From the NCBI GenBank assembly GCA_041690355.1, contig JAWLHK010000001.1, forward strand, positions 186,001-250,000: a stretch of DNA of 64,000 nucleotides, given 5' to 3'. The notes under the pieces were generated by a model. That model searched no databases, was not told the origin of the DNA, and was given only the letters and a program-made list of their open reading frames with translations. Each line of letters opens with the position of its first letter. The first letter of the stretch is position 1. Position numbers and translations under genes: made by a program. This document shows positions 28,715-39,100 of this stretch, in pieces. Origin of the DNA: a bacterium. Lineage in GTDB: Bacteria > J088 > JAWLBW01.

Positions 28715-30213
28715 GCGGCGACCAGGTCTTCGCGCACGGCCTGAGCGACGCGGTTCGCGAGCGCCATGATCGTCAGATACGGATTCACTTCGACTGAGCT
28801 CGGAAAGAGCGAGCTGTCGGCCACGTACAAGTTGGGCCGGCCATGCACGCGCCCCCAGGCGTCGGTCACGGAGGTGCGCGGATCGGTCCCCATGCGGCAT
28901 CCGCCCATGAGGTGCGCCGCAGAGATGGCGACCTGACCGGTCTTGAAGAGCTCCTTGCGGACAAGGGTGTCGAGGCGATCGGCGTCCTTCGCTTCGGTGA
29001 AGAAGCGCCCCGTGGCGGGCAGGTGCGCGCGGCGTGCGCCAGCGGCAAAGAAGATGCGTCCGCTCGCCCGGATGGATTTCACGAACGCGTCGATCAGGGT
29101 GTCGTCGATGGCGTAGTGCACCACGGGCGCGCCGTCGGCGTTCACGGTCACGCGGTTCTCGGCGTGGGCTTCGTCGAGGACAAGCACGAGAATCTGCTGC
29201 AGGTGCGCGAAGCGGTGCAGCAGCTCGTCGACTTCGGGGCCGAAGCCGACGAGGTTCTTCGCCGTCGTGAAGGGGAAGTACATGCAGGTCTCGAGCAGGA
29301 ACCGATCGCGCTCGACGAACTCGTCGCAGAAGTAGCTCTTCGGGTGCCCCATCGTGCCGTCGACCGCATCCGCATGCTCCGCCACGAGGGTGAGCGCCGG
29401 GTGGCAGGTGAAGTAGCGGCCGAGCGCGGGCCAGGCATTTTCGCCGAACGAGCGCATGAGGAGCGGGACGGTGCCCAGGCTTCCGCCGGCGAGCACGATG
29501 CGGCGCGCCTTGATCCGGTAGCTTCCCGGCTCATGGATGGAGGCCGCCAGCCCGTGCTTCGGCGCTGTGATCTCGGCGTGGAGGGTATCGCCTTCGATGC
29601 GGTCGACGCGGCACCAGGTGACGACTTCGACCCCCTGGTTCCGCGCGTTGGGTATCTGGACGACCGCGGTCCCCTGCTTCGCATGGCGCGCGCAGCCGAC
29701 GTTACACGTGTTCAGCCCGCCGCACCCTTTGAGGTTCAGGGGGAACTGACCCAGGTTCCACCCGAGCGTCCGGCACGCATCCGCGAAGAGCGTATTGTTC
29801 CGGTTGATGTTCTCGGGGGGCTGCAGGTGGACGTTGTTCTCGACGAGATACTTCTCGAGGCGCGGCGCGAGATCCGCTTCGGTCAGGCCGGGCACGTTCC
29901 ACTTCTTAAGGGCCGATGCAGGCGGCTTGAAAGTCACGCCGGTGTAAACCGTGGTGGAACCACCGAGCGCGCGCGTGAAGGCGAGCGTCATGTCCTGGGT
30001 CGAAGTCTGGAAGCCGCCGTTGTCCACGTAGTACTTCGAGGCCATCTCGACTTCGCGGCGGGTGTTGTCCTTCTTTTCGAAGTGGCCGCCCTGTTCGAGC
30101 AGGGCGACGCGCAGCCCCTGCGCGACCAGCGGCGCAAGCTCCTGCGCGATCGTGCCGCCGCCGGCCCCCGAGCCGACGACCGCGATATCGTACTCAAGCG
30201 TTCGCTGCGTCAT
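28711..30213 (-). CDS. GMC-family oxidoreductase
   Basis: VGSGAGG, LGGSTTV, CxxxxxCxxGC, AHLMGGCRMG, VADSSLFP, NPYLTI. Confidence 0.92.
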   Translation of the reverse strand: MTQRTLEYDIAVVGSGAGGGTIAQELAPLVAQGLRVALLEQGGHFEKKDNTRREVEMASKYYVDNGGFQTSTQDMTLAFTRALGGSTTVYTGVTFKPPASALKKWNVPGLTEADLAPRLEKYLVENNVHLQPPENINRNNTLFADACRTLGWNLGQFPLNLKGCGGLNTCNVGCARHAKQGTAVVQIPNARNQGVEVVTWCRVDRIEGDTLHAEITAPKHGLAASIHEPGSYRIKARRIVLAGGSLGTVPLLMRSFGENAWPALGRYFTCHPALTLVAEHADAVDGTMGHPKSYFCDEFVERDRFLLETCMYFPFTTAKNLVGFGPEVDELLHRFAHLQQILVLVLDEAHAENRVTVNADGAPVVHYAIDDTLIDAFVKSIRASGRIFFAAGARRAHLPATGRFFTEAKDADRLDTLVRKELFKTGQVAISAAHLMGGCRMGTDPRTSVTDAWGRVHGRPNLYVADSSLFPSSVEVNPYLTIMALANRVAQAVREDLVAA

Positions 30214-30616
30214 CGCGATTCTCCCGGATGCGGTATCCGATTTCAGAATAGAGCGAGGTCTGGCCGTAGACGCCCAGTCTCGCGAGCGTATTCAAGCCCC
30301 AGAAGCCCTTGCGCAGGAGTCCGACCGGGGCGTCGAAGAGGATTCCAAGCACACGCTCCTGGCGGGTTTCCGGCAGCTCGCGGAATGGGCGCAAGCCGAA
30401 GAAGAACGAAAGCACGTCGATGATGACGAGAAACAGTCCAAGCTTCCGCCGGTTTGCAGCCGGCATGCGGCCGACCAGGTCGTTGACCAGGGTGCGCGAC
30501 GCTTCGCGTTCCGCCGGCGTGAACGAGGCACTGCGCGGCACCAGGCGAGACTGGAGCGCCTCGAAGCGCACGACGCGTTTCCCGGTAAGAAACGGTTCTT
30601 CCACAGGTGGAGTCAC
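30194..30616 (-). CDS. Small GMC-associated protein (gluconate dehydrogenase subunit 3-like)
   Basis: GGAGG then GTG 30616; PFRELP..RQERVL, LRKGFWGLNTL, IGY; overlaps the GMC start. Confidence 0.65.
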   Translation of the reverse strand: MTPPVEEPFLTGKRVVRFEALQSRLVPRSASFTPAEREASRTLVNDLVGRMPAANRRKLGLFLVIIDVLSFFFGLRPFRELPETRQERVLGILFDAPVGLLRKGFWGLNTLARLGVYGQTSLYSEIGYRIRENRDDAANA

Positions 30617-30641
30617 TTCAGGCCTCCCAAGGATAGGCGGT

Positions 30642-31160
30642 TCAGTTCGCGGCGGCGGCTTCGCGGCGTTCGATTTCGGCGAGCACCGTAGCGAATTCGT
30701 CTTTGCGGTAGCCTGCGAACTTGCAGACTTCGGCGACCACGAACAGCGGCGCGGTGGCCATCGCCTTCCACAGGCTTTGGAAGAGCGCCGGTTTGCGGCC
30801 CTCGATGGCGTGGCCGAGGAACTGCGCCGCGTATCCGCCGAAGAATCCGCCCGCAGAAATCGCCGCGGCCGTTTCGAAGGGGAGTGTGGCGAGTTCATTG
30901 GCGAGGAGGACGAGGCCGACGAGGAACGGCGCGTAGATGGCCGCGTAGATCCTGTCGAGCGAGAAGTAGTAGGCCAGTCCGGCGGCGGCCACGATCCAGG
31001 AGGCGGGCAGCGTCAGGTCCCCGAGGGGAATGCGGAGCCAGGCGGCCGCGACGAGAACCGAGCAGACGATCACCGGTACGCCCACGACGTGCACCGCGAT
31101 GTTCACCGGATGCCGGTGCGAAGACGCGTAGAAGACGACCATTTCCTGCCAGCGAGTCAT
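30642..31160 (-). CDS. Mpo1-like / DUF962 membrane protein
   Basis: Y..SHRHPVN..VHVVGVP and QFLGHAIEGRKPAL. Confidence 0.9.
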   Translation of the reverse strand: MTRWQEMVVFYASSHRHPVNIAVHVVGVPVIVCSVLVAAAWLRIPLGDLTLPASWIVAAAGLAYYFSLDRIYAAIYAPFLVGLVLLANELATLPFETAAAISAGGFFGGYAAQFLGHAIEGRKPALFQSLWKAMATAPLFVVAEVCKFAGYRKDEFATVLAEIERREAAAAN

Positions 31161-31189
31161 TGGATTCCTCCCGCCGACCTCATGTCGGC

Positions 31190-31238
31190 TTGCCAAGAGA
31201 ACGGCTTTAACTTAACATGGTTAAATTATCTGCGTCAA
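31190..31238. promoter_or_regulatory. Overlapping divergent sigma70 promoters with operator TTAAC-ATG-GTTAA
   Basis: + strand TTGCCA-17-TAACAT (31190-31218); - strand TTGACG...TAAGTT; palindrome 31212-31224. Confidence 0.6.
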
Positions 31239-31249
31239 CGGAATTCTTC

Positions 31250-31867
31250 ATGCCCCGCCGTAAGACCCCTCGAGAGCGCGCGCGCAGCGCCGAAGCCAAG
31301 CAGGAGCTGCGCGATCGCATTCTTCGCGAAGCCACCGGCCTGTTCGTCGAAGTGGGCTACCGCGAGTTCAGCATGCGCCGGCTCGCCGCCCGCATCGGCT
31401 ACACGGCGCCCACGATATACGGGTACTTCCGGAACAAGGACGAGCTGCTCTTCGAGGTCATCGCCCTCGGTTACGCGCAACTCCAGGCCTACCTGCAGCG
31501 GGGCTCGGGGGCCGGAGCCGCACGTTTGGCGCAGTTGGGCGCGGCCTATCTGGACTTCGCCTTCGAGCAACCTGAGATGTACAAGCTGATCTTCATGCAC
31601 CGGCCGCATTTTCTTTTTGATCTCGACGAGGCGCGGGTGGCCGAACGTTCGGAGGGGCTGCAGGTCGTCGCGAGAACCATGGCCTCGGTGCCCGGCTGGG
31701 ACGCGCTGCCCGAGGCCGAGCGCCGCCGCCTGGCCGAGATCTTCTGGGCCCAGCTGCACGGGCTGGTTTCGCTGGCCTTGACGGTGCCGATCCTCAGCGA
31801 GCAGTGGGCGCGGGAGAACCTGCGCTTTCTGCTCGAGAAGCTTGCCCTGACGCCCGGTAGGGGCTGA
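31250..31867 (+). CDS. TetR-family regulator (WHG-type C-terminus)
   Basis: FSMRRLAARIGYTAPTIYGYFRNKDEL; WAQLHGLVSL. Confidence 0.92.
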   Translation: MPRRKTPRERARSAEAKQELRDRILREATGLFVEVGYREFSMRRLAARIGYTAPTIYGYFRNKDELLFEVIALGYAQLQAYLQRGSGAGAARLAQLGAAYLDFAFEQPEMYKLIFMHRPHFLFDLDEARVAERSEGLQVVARTMASVPGWDALPEAERRRLAEIFWAQLHGLVSLALTVPILSEQWARENLRFLLEKLALTPGRG

Positions 31868-32207
31868 AGGGCCAGGGGCCCCCCGGCGAGTAGCCCGAGA
31901 GAATCAGCTGCGTACCGCTTGCTCCGGACACGTAGAACGAAGCGTCGTATTCGATTTCGGCGCCCCCCCAGAGAATGCGCCCCGACAGCGGACAGCCCGG
32001 CACGTCGCAGCGCGCCTCGAGGCGCAGCCGGGATCCCGGCGGCGCCGGTTCTTCGTGCGTCCAGGGTCCGTCGGCATGGATGGTCTGCGTCGTGCCGGCG
32101 ACCGTGTAGGTGATTCGGACCGGGGTGGCGGCTTCGATCTCGAAATCGACCGGCGGCCATCCGCACGCGGTCACGGCGGGCAGGAGAAACAGGATCGCAG
32201 AGCGCAC
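31794..32207 (-). CDS. Hypothetical small lipoprotein
   Basis: Signal-like N-terminus ending VTAC; fills the gap, but its tail overlaps tetR by about 70 bp. Confidence 0.45.
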   Translation of the reverse strand: MRSAILFLLPAVTACGWPPVDFEIEAATPVRITYTVAGTTQTIHADGPWTHEEPAPPGSRLRLEARCDVPGCPLSGRILWGGAEIEYDASFYVSGASGTQLILSGYSPGGPWPFSPYRASGQASRAESAGSPAPTAR

Positions 32208-32254
32208 GCTTCAATCATACACCCACGCAAGGCCCTGCGGAGGGGACATACTCC

Positions 32255-32283
32255 TTGACGACAACGAACGCTCGTGCTATTTT
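32255..32283 (+). promoter_or_regulatory. sigma70 promoter TTGACG-17-TATTTT with operator AACGAACGCTCGTG in the spacer
   Basis: -35 32255-32260, -10 32278-32283, ATG at 32290 with no SD. Confidence 0.7.
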
Positions 32284-32289
32284 TTACTT

Positions 32290-32895
32290 ATGAGCAAGGG
32301 AGAGCAGACGCGCACCGCCATTCTCGAGCACGCCACGCGGCTCGCCAGCCAGGTCGGGCTCGAAGGGCTCACCATCGGCCGGCTCGCCCAGGATCTCGAC
32401 CTGTCGAAGAGCGGCCTGTTCGCGCACTTCCAGTCCAAAGAAGCGCTCGAGATCCAGGTGCTCGAACACGCGCGCGAAATTTTCGTCGAAGCCGTCATCG
32501 CACCGGCGCTCAAGCAGCCACGTGGAGAAGCCCGCGTGCGCGCCCTCATGGACCGGTGGATCGAGTGGGGCAAGGGAATTCTTCCGGGCGGCTGCATCTT
32601 CGCGGCCGCTAGCTTCGAGCTCGACGGGCGCCCCGGACCGGTGCGCGACGCGCTCGTCCACTCGCAGACCGACTGGATGGATACGCTGACCCAGGCCGTG
32701 CGCATCGCCATCGAGACGAAAGACTTCAGCGCCGACGTCGACCCTCGCCAGCTGGCTTACGAGATGTACAGCCTGGTGCTCGGGTTCCACCACGCACGGC
32801 ACCTGCTCTCCGATCCGCAAGCCGAGGCCCGGGTGCGCCGGGCCTTCGATAAGCTGCTGAACGACGCCCGGCGACGCGGCCGCAAACCGTCCTGA
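32290..32895 (+). CDS. TetR-family regulator
   Basis: MSKGEQTR, GLEGLTIGRLA..LSKSGLFAHFQSKE, PGGCIF. Confidence 0.93.
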   Translation: MSKGEQTRTAILEHATRLASQVGLEGLTIGRLAQDLDLSKSGLFAHFQSKEALEIQVLEHAREIFVEAVIAPALKQPRGEARVRALMDRWIEWGKGILPGGCIFAAASFELDGRPGPVRDALVHSQTDWMDTLTQAVRIAIETKDFSADVDPRQLAYEMYSLVLGFHHARHLLSDPQAEARVRRAFDKLLNDARRRGRKPS

Positions 32896-32944
32896 CCGAA
32901 CCGATTCACGAAAACCCTGGACCGTACCTGAAAAGGAGCTGACC

Positions 32945-33931
32945 ATGCCCAATCAGAAGCCCGAACGGACATCGACCCTAAACGAACGAACGTTCGTTTT
33001 TCGTGCGGGACGCCGGTTGACCGGCGCACTCGGTTCCGCTTTTCCCGCGCTGGCGGCGGCGCGGGCTGAACGGCGGTTTCTCACCCCGCGCCCGACCCCC
33101 GTCCCGCCGGCGCTCGCCGCGGCCGCCGCCAGCGGAGCGCCGGTCTCCTTCTGGTTTCGCGGCGGACGTCTGGCAGGCTGGCGCTGGCCGTCCGCCGTGC
33201 AGCAGGCCTCCGCGAACCGCGCCCCGCTGGTTCTCTTCGTGCACGGCTGGGAAGGGGGTGGGCTTCAGTTCGGCGCCTGGGTACGTCCGCTGACCGAGGC
33301 CGGATACGACGTGGTCGCCTTCGACGGCCCCGCGCACGGGTCGAGCGCGGGCGCCGTGGCGCACCTGCTCGACTTCGCCGCCGCCGCGCGCACCGTGGCC
33401 GACAGCCTCGGCCCCGTGCACGCCGTGATCGCGCACTCCATGGGGGCGGCCGCAACGGCCATCGCGCTCGCCGAAGGACTGCGCGCCGACCGCGCCGTTT
33501 TTCTCGCGCCCCCCGACAACCTCGAAACGCGAGCGCGAAGCTTCGGGCGTTTCGCCGGATTACCCGACCGTGCGCAGGCGCGGTTCGAGCGGCGCCTGGC
33601 CGCGCGCATCGGACGGCCGCTCGAATCGGTGCGCCTCGCGACCCTCGCACGGCTGATCCGGCAGCCGGTGCTCGTCTTTCACGACCCCGGTGACCCGATT
33701 ATCCCATGGTCCGAAGGTGCGTCGGTCGCCGCCCTGCTCCCCGAAGGTGAACTGCGGACGACCAGGAACCTCGGCCACTTCAGGCTCCTGCGCGCGCCGG
33801 AGCTCATCGAAGACGCGCTTGCATTTCTCGGTTCCGCCGCAGACGCCGAGCACCCCGCCCCGGTGCGCGACCTCGGTCTCGCCCGCTTTCTCGACCGTAT
33901 CGACGAGGCGCTGCTCCCACCTCTTTTGTAA
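32945..33931 (+). CDS. Alpha/beta hydrolase
   Basis: VHGWEG, FDGPAHG, AHSMG, HDPGD, LGHFRLL. Confidence 0.9.
   Translation: MPNQKPERTSTLNERTFVFRAGRRLTGALGSAFPALAAARAERRFLTPRPTPVPPALAAAAASGAPVSFWFRGGRLAGWRWPSAVQQASANRAPLVLFVHGWEGGGLQFGAWVRPLTEAGYDVVAFDGPAHGSSAGAVAHLLDFAAAARTVADSLGPVHAVIAHSMGAAATAIALAEGLRADRAVFLAPPDNLETRARSFGRFAGLPDRAQARFERRLAARIGRPLESVRLATLARLIRQPVLVFHDPGDPIIPWSEGASVAALLPEGELRTTRNLGHFRLLRAPELIEDALAFLGSAADAEHPAPVRDLGLARFLDRIDEALLPPLL
32985..32998. promoter_or_regulatory. Perfect palindrome AACGAACGTTCGTT, probable second TetR operator inside the hydrolase 5' end
   Basis: 12/14 identical to the site at 32263-32276. Confidence 0.6.
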
Positions 33932-34028
33932 CCCTTTGCCGCAGAGAGTCCGACCGGCGCCGGACATGACGGACGTAGAACCCGGCGGCGACCGGCTCTC
34001 TGCGGCTTTCTCCAGCGGTTCCCTTCGT

Positions 34029-34060
34029 GGGAACGTGCGGGAACGTGCGGGAACGTGCGG
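34029..34060. repeat. 10-bp tandem repeat GGGAACGTGC x3
   Basis: Direct reading; intergenic, upstream of the kinase. Confidence 0.8.
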
Positions 34061-34111
34061 TCCCGTCATCGCCGCGCCCGCCGAAACCGGGTATGATCAA
34101 GGCGCGCGCCT

Positions 34112-35455
34112 ATGCCCCCTTCCCAACCCTCCATGCCCGCCCGCGTCTTCGCGGCCCTGCGGCGCTTCTTTCTACTCGACGACGAGTTCCGGGAAAACGA
34201 CCGCGCCTTCAAGGAATACGCCAACGGGCTTCGAGCCAGGGTCGCCCTCTACGGTTCCTGGCTCATCATCGCCCTCGTGCTGCTTGCCTGGCCCGTGGAT
34301 TACTTTGCGCTGCGCGACAATCCGGCCCTTCTTGCCCGGGCGTCCTTCTGGCGGACCATCCAGGCGTTGAATGCGCTGGGCATCGCGTTGCTGTTCGCGC
34401 GCTCTTCCTGGGCGAAGCGCAATGCGTACTGGCTGTCGCTTCCCGTCGCGCTGGTCTGGTCCGCCGGATGGCCCGCCTACCGGATCGCCGCCTACCACGA
34501 CCCCGGATTCGGGCTCAGCTATCCGCTTGCCGTTGTCGCGCTGGTGCTCATCCTGCCGTTCTTTCAGCGGCTCCTCGCCACGACGGCCGTGGTGCTGCTG
34601 ACCTGGATTTCCTACGTCTTCCAGTACGCGCTGGTGCACGGAAGCGAACCTGCCTTCCGGTTTCCGCCGAACATGGCGATCATCCTGGTGACCATGAGCG
34701 TCTTCGGGCACATCGTGTACCGCCTGCTGCGCAGCAACTTCAACCACGTCGCGCTGCTGGAAAAGCGCGTCGCCGAGCGCACCGCCGATCTGCGCTGGCT
34801 GCTGGCCTCGCAGGAGGCGACCCTCGAGCTCGAACGCACGCGCATCTCCCGCGAGCTGCATGATGTCATGGGGCAGCTCATCACGCGCCTGCGCATCAGC
34901 ACCGACCTTCTCGCCGAGGAAGTGACCGTACCGGCCCACAAAGCGCGCATTGAAGACATGAGCCAGAAAATCGACATGCTCATGGCCAGCACGCGCAGCG
35001 CGATTCATGAGCTTCGCCCCAAACAGCTCGACGACGGCAACCTGCCGAATCTGGTCGAGGACTTTCTCGTCGATCTGAAAGGAAAGTGCGCCGTCGAGGT
35101 CGAGTGGGAAATCGCCCCGCTCGACGCCGTCGTCTCTCCCGAAATCAAGCTGGCGGCCCTGCGCATCATTCAGGAAGCGACGACGAACGCCCTCAAGCAC
35201 GGCGGGTGCCGCCGGCTTTTTCTGTCGCTCACGCAGGCGGGCCGGGGCGCGGGTTTCGCGCTTGAAGTCCACGACGACGGCTCGGGTCCCGGTAATGCGC
35301 TGGCCGAGCGGCCGTCGGGTCTTGGCGTCATCGGGATGCGCGAGCGCGCCGAATGGCTCGGGGCACAATTCACCGTTGAGGAAAGTCTGCGGCTGGGGGG
35401 TACGGCCGTCCGGGTGCGCTTTTCCGCCGAAACGGCCGGTATCGCGACAGTCTAG
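34112..35455 (+). CDS. Membrane sensor histidine kinase (HisKA_3, NarX/UhpB type)
   Basis: Multiple TM segments, ERTRISRELHDVMGQ, LRP, RIIQEATTNALKH, DDGSG, GLGVIGMRERA. Confidence 0.92.
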   Translation: MPPSQPSMPARVFAALRRFFLLDDEFRENDRAFKEYANGLRARVALYGSWLIIALVLLAWPVDYFALRDNPALLARASFWRTIQALNALGIALLFARSSWAKRNAYWLSLPVALVWSAGWPAYRIAAYHDPGFGLSYPLAVVALVLILPFFQRLLATTAVVLLTWISYVFQYALVHGSEPAFRFPPNMAIILVTMSVFGHIVYRLLRSNFNHVALLEKRVAERTADLRWLLASQEATLELERTRISRELHDVMGQLITRLRISTDLLAEEVTVPAHKARIEDMSQKIDMLMASTRSAIHELRPKQLDDGNLPNLVEDFLVDLKGKCAVEVEWEIAPLDAVVSPEIKLAALRIIQEATTNALKHGGCRRLFLSLTQAGRGAGFALEVHDDGSGPGNALAERPSGLGVIGMRERAEWLGAQFTVEESLRLGGTAVRVRFSAETAGIATV

Positions 35456-36120
35456 GGCTTTTCCCAGCGGGCTTCGGACAGCAGCCCGTGCGCCGCCGCG
35501 TACGACAGGATATTGCGCGAATCGGCGACGCCCAGCTTCTCGCGGATATTCTTGAGGTGGGTGCTCACCGTACTCGCGTCGATGCCGAGTTTGCGCGCGA
35601 TGACGTTGGTGCTCAGTCCGCCGACGTAGAGGCGGAAGATTTCGGTCTCGCGGAACGAGAACGTTTCGTGCGGCAGCTGTGCGCCCCGCTGCGACGAGTC
35701 GAGCAGGAGCGCGTGCAGTTCATCGGAAAAGAAATCGCCGCCGGCGGCCACCGCCCGCAGCGCCTCGAGAAGCACCCGCGACGAACTCCCCTTGGTGACG
35801 TACCCTTTGACGCCCGCTCGCACGAGCCGCACCGCGTAGCCGTCTTCGGGGCGCATCGTGAGGATGATGATGCGCAGGGTCGGCTGCAGGCGCCTCACTT
35901 TCGTCACCAGGTCCAGCGTCGACAAGCCCGGCAGCGACAGGTCGAGCAGCAGCAGATCCCAATGTCCATCGGCGGCTCTGGCGGCGACGTCGTCACCGTG
36001 GCCGCTTTCGCCCACGACGATGAACTCCGGCTGCCGCCCGATGAGCTCGCGCAGGCCATCACGCACGAGCTCGTGGTCGTCGGCCAGAAAGACGCGGATG
36101 CGGGGGTTTACGGGAGTCAC
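35452..36120 (-). CDS. NarL/LuxR-family response regulator
   Basis: LADDH, LLDLSLP, GYVTK, C-terminal HTH TVSTHLKNIREKLG. Confidence 0.93.
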   Translation of the reverse strand: MTPVNPRIRVFLADDHELVRDGLRELIGRQPEFIVVGESGHGDDVAARAADGHWDLLLLDLSLPGLSTLDLVTKVRRLQPTLRIIILTMRPEDGYAVRLVRAGVKGYVTKGSSSRVLLEALRAVAAGGDFFSDELHALLLDSSQRGAQLPHETFSFRETEIFRLYVGGLSTNVIARKLGIDASTVSTHLKNIREKLGVADSRNILSYAAAHGLLSEARWEKP

Positions 36121-36130
36121 GGGTGCTTCG

Positions 36131-39100
36131 TCACTTCAGTTTATACAGATACCCCGCGTTCGTCGCCACATAGACGTACCCCTCGGCATCGACGACCGGC
36201 GAACCGAAGTTGACGCCGGCCTTGTCGTAATGCCACTTTACGGTACCGTCGGGGTTCAGCGCCACGAGCTTCTCCCAGGTTCCGAGATAGATGGTGCCGT
36301 CGGCGCCGATGGCCGGCGGATTGCCCCCCAGCGAGTCGTACCACCACTTGCGGGTACCGTCGGGCGAGACGGCCGAGAGGTTCCCGTTGGTGGTCTTCAC
36401 GTAGATCGTGCCGTCGGGTCCGATCTTCGGCGGATTGACATCCTGACCTATGTTTACCGACCAGAGCACGCCGCCGGTGGCCGCAACAGCATACAGGTGA
36501 TTATCCTCACCGCCTGCATATACGGTCCCGTCACCGCCGAGCGCCAGGGAGCTCACCGCGCCGGAGGCCACTGTGACCGCCCACGACGTGGCTCCATCGG
36601 GATAAACTGAGAACAGGGTGGCTCCCACCACAACGTAGCTCTGGCCTTCGGCGTTGACGACGACGTTCGACGTCAGAACGTTGGTGGTCAGGGGGTCCAG
36701 ATCGGTCGCCCAGATCTCAGAGCCGTCGGCCGGATCGAACAGACGAAACAACTGAGAGGCCTCGGATGCGGCAAATATCCGGCCATCGGACCCAGGCACC
36801 GGTTCCCTGTGATGACCGCCGCCGGTAGAAACGGTCCAGTACACGTGGCCGTCGGTTTCGCGAATGGCGTGCAGCATTCCATTGTTGCCGGCGGCGTAGA
36901 CCGTACCCCCCGAAGAAATTGCGGCCTTCACGCCGTATGTCGCGGTGGCTTTCGACCACAATTCGGATCCGTCCGTCGCACGGCGCGCAAAGACCGAAGT
37001 CTGAAACCGGGAGCCGACGATCGTGCCCTCGGCGCTGAGCGAGAGCGGGAGGTGCGCATCCGTCCCGACGAACACCGCATAGACGACCGTCCCGGTAGTA
37101 TCGACAGGAGCCGGCAGCATATCCGTCCCCAGCATTTCGGCAAAGTAGTGCTGCCCCGTGTTCTGCAGATCGTTGCCGTTGCCGGCCCATTGCGTCGGCG
37201 AGGTGATGGCGGCGGCTCCCGTAAACCAGCCCGTGTACCCCTGCGCATCCGTGACGGCAAGTTCGAACTGGTAGATACCCGGCACGCCAGGCGCATCCCA
37301 CACGGCCGTTTCTCCCTGCGCGGTGACCGTGCCGCCGATGCGCCACCAGACGTCGGTCACCGCGGCGCCCGTATAGCTGCCGGTTTCGACCGCGAGACTC
37401 CACCGGTTGGCCGTCGAGGCGGGGGTCACCATGACTCCGGTCACACCCGGGCCGGCGGTACGTACCGCTAAGGAGAGGTCGCGGTAGGTTGCGCCGTCGC
37501 TGACGCGTGCCGTCAACGCGATTTCTGCGTAGGTTTCAGCCGGGGCCGTGACTGAATACGTCGACCCGGTGGCCACGGTCACGCCGTCGCGAAGCCAGGC
37601 ATAGGAAAGCGTATCCCCTTCGTAATCGGCGGCCCAGACCTGAATGGTCGTTGTTTCGCCGGGAGCTTTCACGCCGGCGCCCATGGTCATGACCCAGTAG
37701 GGAGAGTCGTTGACGGGGTTGACCGTCACCGTGACCTCTGCCGGATCGGACCACGCCGTGCCGTCACTGACCCGATAGGAAAACGTGTCAGTGCCGTGCC
37801 AGTTGAAGGAAGGCGAGTAGCGGAAGGCATCCTCCGATGGAAAGCTCAGCGTCCCGTTCGCCGGGTTCGCGGTGATCTCATAGACGAGTACGTCACTCGC
37901 GTCTGCATCGCTTCCGGCGAGGGCCTGCTGCACGGCCGTGTCCTCATCGGTGGAGACCGTGATCGGCGCGGCCGTGGGTGCCGTATTCACGATGGTAATG
38001 AACGCACCGAAGACGGCGTCGCCGGTCACGATGCCGTCGAAGGGGGTCACGACGGCGCGAATCTGCGCGCCTTTGACGACGTAGGAACCGGGGAGCGTGT
38101 TCGTGGTGACGGGGACCGCCGAATCGTCGACCTCCCAGGCATAGAGGAACGAAACCGAGTCGCCGTCCACGTCTGCGACGATCATCGGCTCCAGTACCGT
38201 GACCGTCATGCCGGCCCGCCACTCGCTTCCGGCGTACACCAGGGCGGCGGCCGTAGGCGCGTCGTTCACCGGAAGCACCTCGATGGAGACGTCGGCCGGA
38301 AGCGACCACGCCGTGCCGTCGCTCACGCGGAAGCTGAAGCCGTCGGCGCCGTTCCAGTCGGCGTCCGGAGTGTACGTCCAGGAATCGGCATCCGGAAAGG
38401 AGAGCGTCCCGTGCAGCGGGCTTTCGACGATCTCGACTGTGATGTCGTCGGCAACGTCGGCGTCATGATAGAGGTAGATGTTCGTGACTGCCATATCCTC
38501 TGCGGTCGTCAGGTCCGCTGCGTAGGCGACGGGCGAGGTGTTGACGACGGCCGCGACTTCGCTGGCGACCTCTTCGCCCTCTAGGGTGCCGTCGAAGGGT
38601 ACCACGAAGGCCTGCAGAGTGTTTCCCTCGACGACATGAATCGCGGGCAGCGTGGCTCCTTCGGCATCGACCTGGTTTCCGTTCACTTCCCACCGATATC
38701 GGTACCCTTCGGCGTCGCCATCCACGTCGCTCCAGCCCTCGGCCGCGACCGTGACCGTATCGCCGGCGCGGAACGTCGCCGCACCCAGCGTGGCGCCCGT
38801 TGCCGAGGGAAGATCGTTGACCGGTATGACCGTGATCATGACGGTTGCCGAAGCGGATTCGTCGCCGGCGATCGCTTCATAGTCGAAACTGTCGGCGCCG
38901 TGGAAGTCTGCGTGCGGAGTGTACGTGAAACCGGCGGCATCGAGGGTCAGCGTCCCGTTCGAGGGCTGCGTGAGCGCCTTGAACTGGACCCCGGAGGCTC
39001 CCGCCGCATCGCCCGCCGCATCGCCCGCAACATCGCCCGCAACATCGCCCGCAACATCGAACGAAGCGCGCAACGGGGTATCCTCCTCGGTCTGCGCCGA

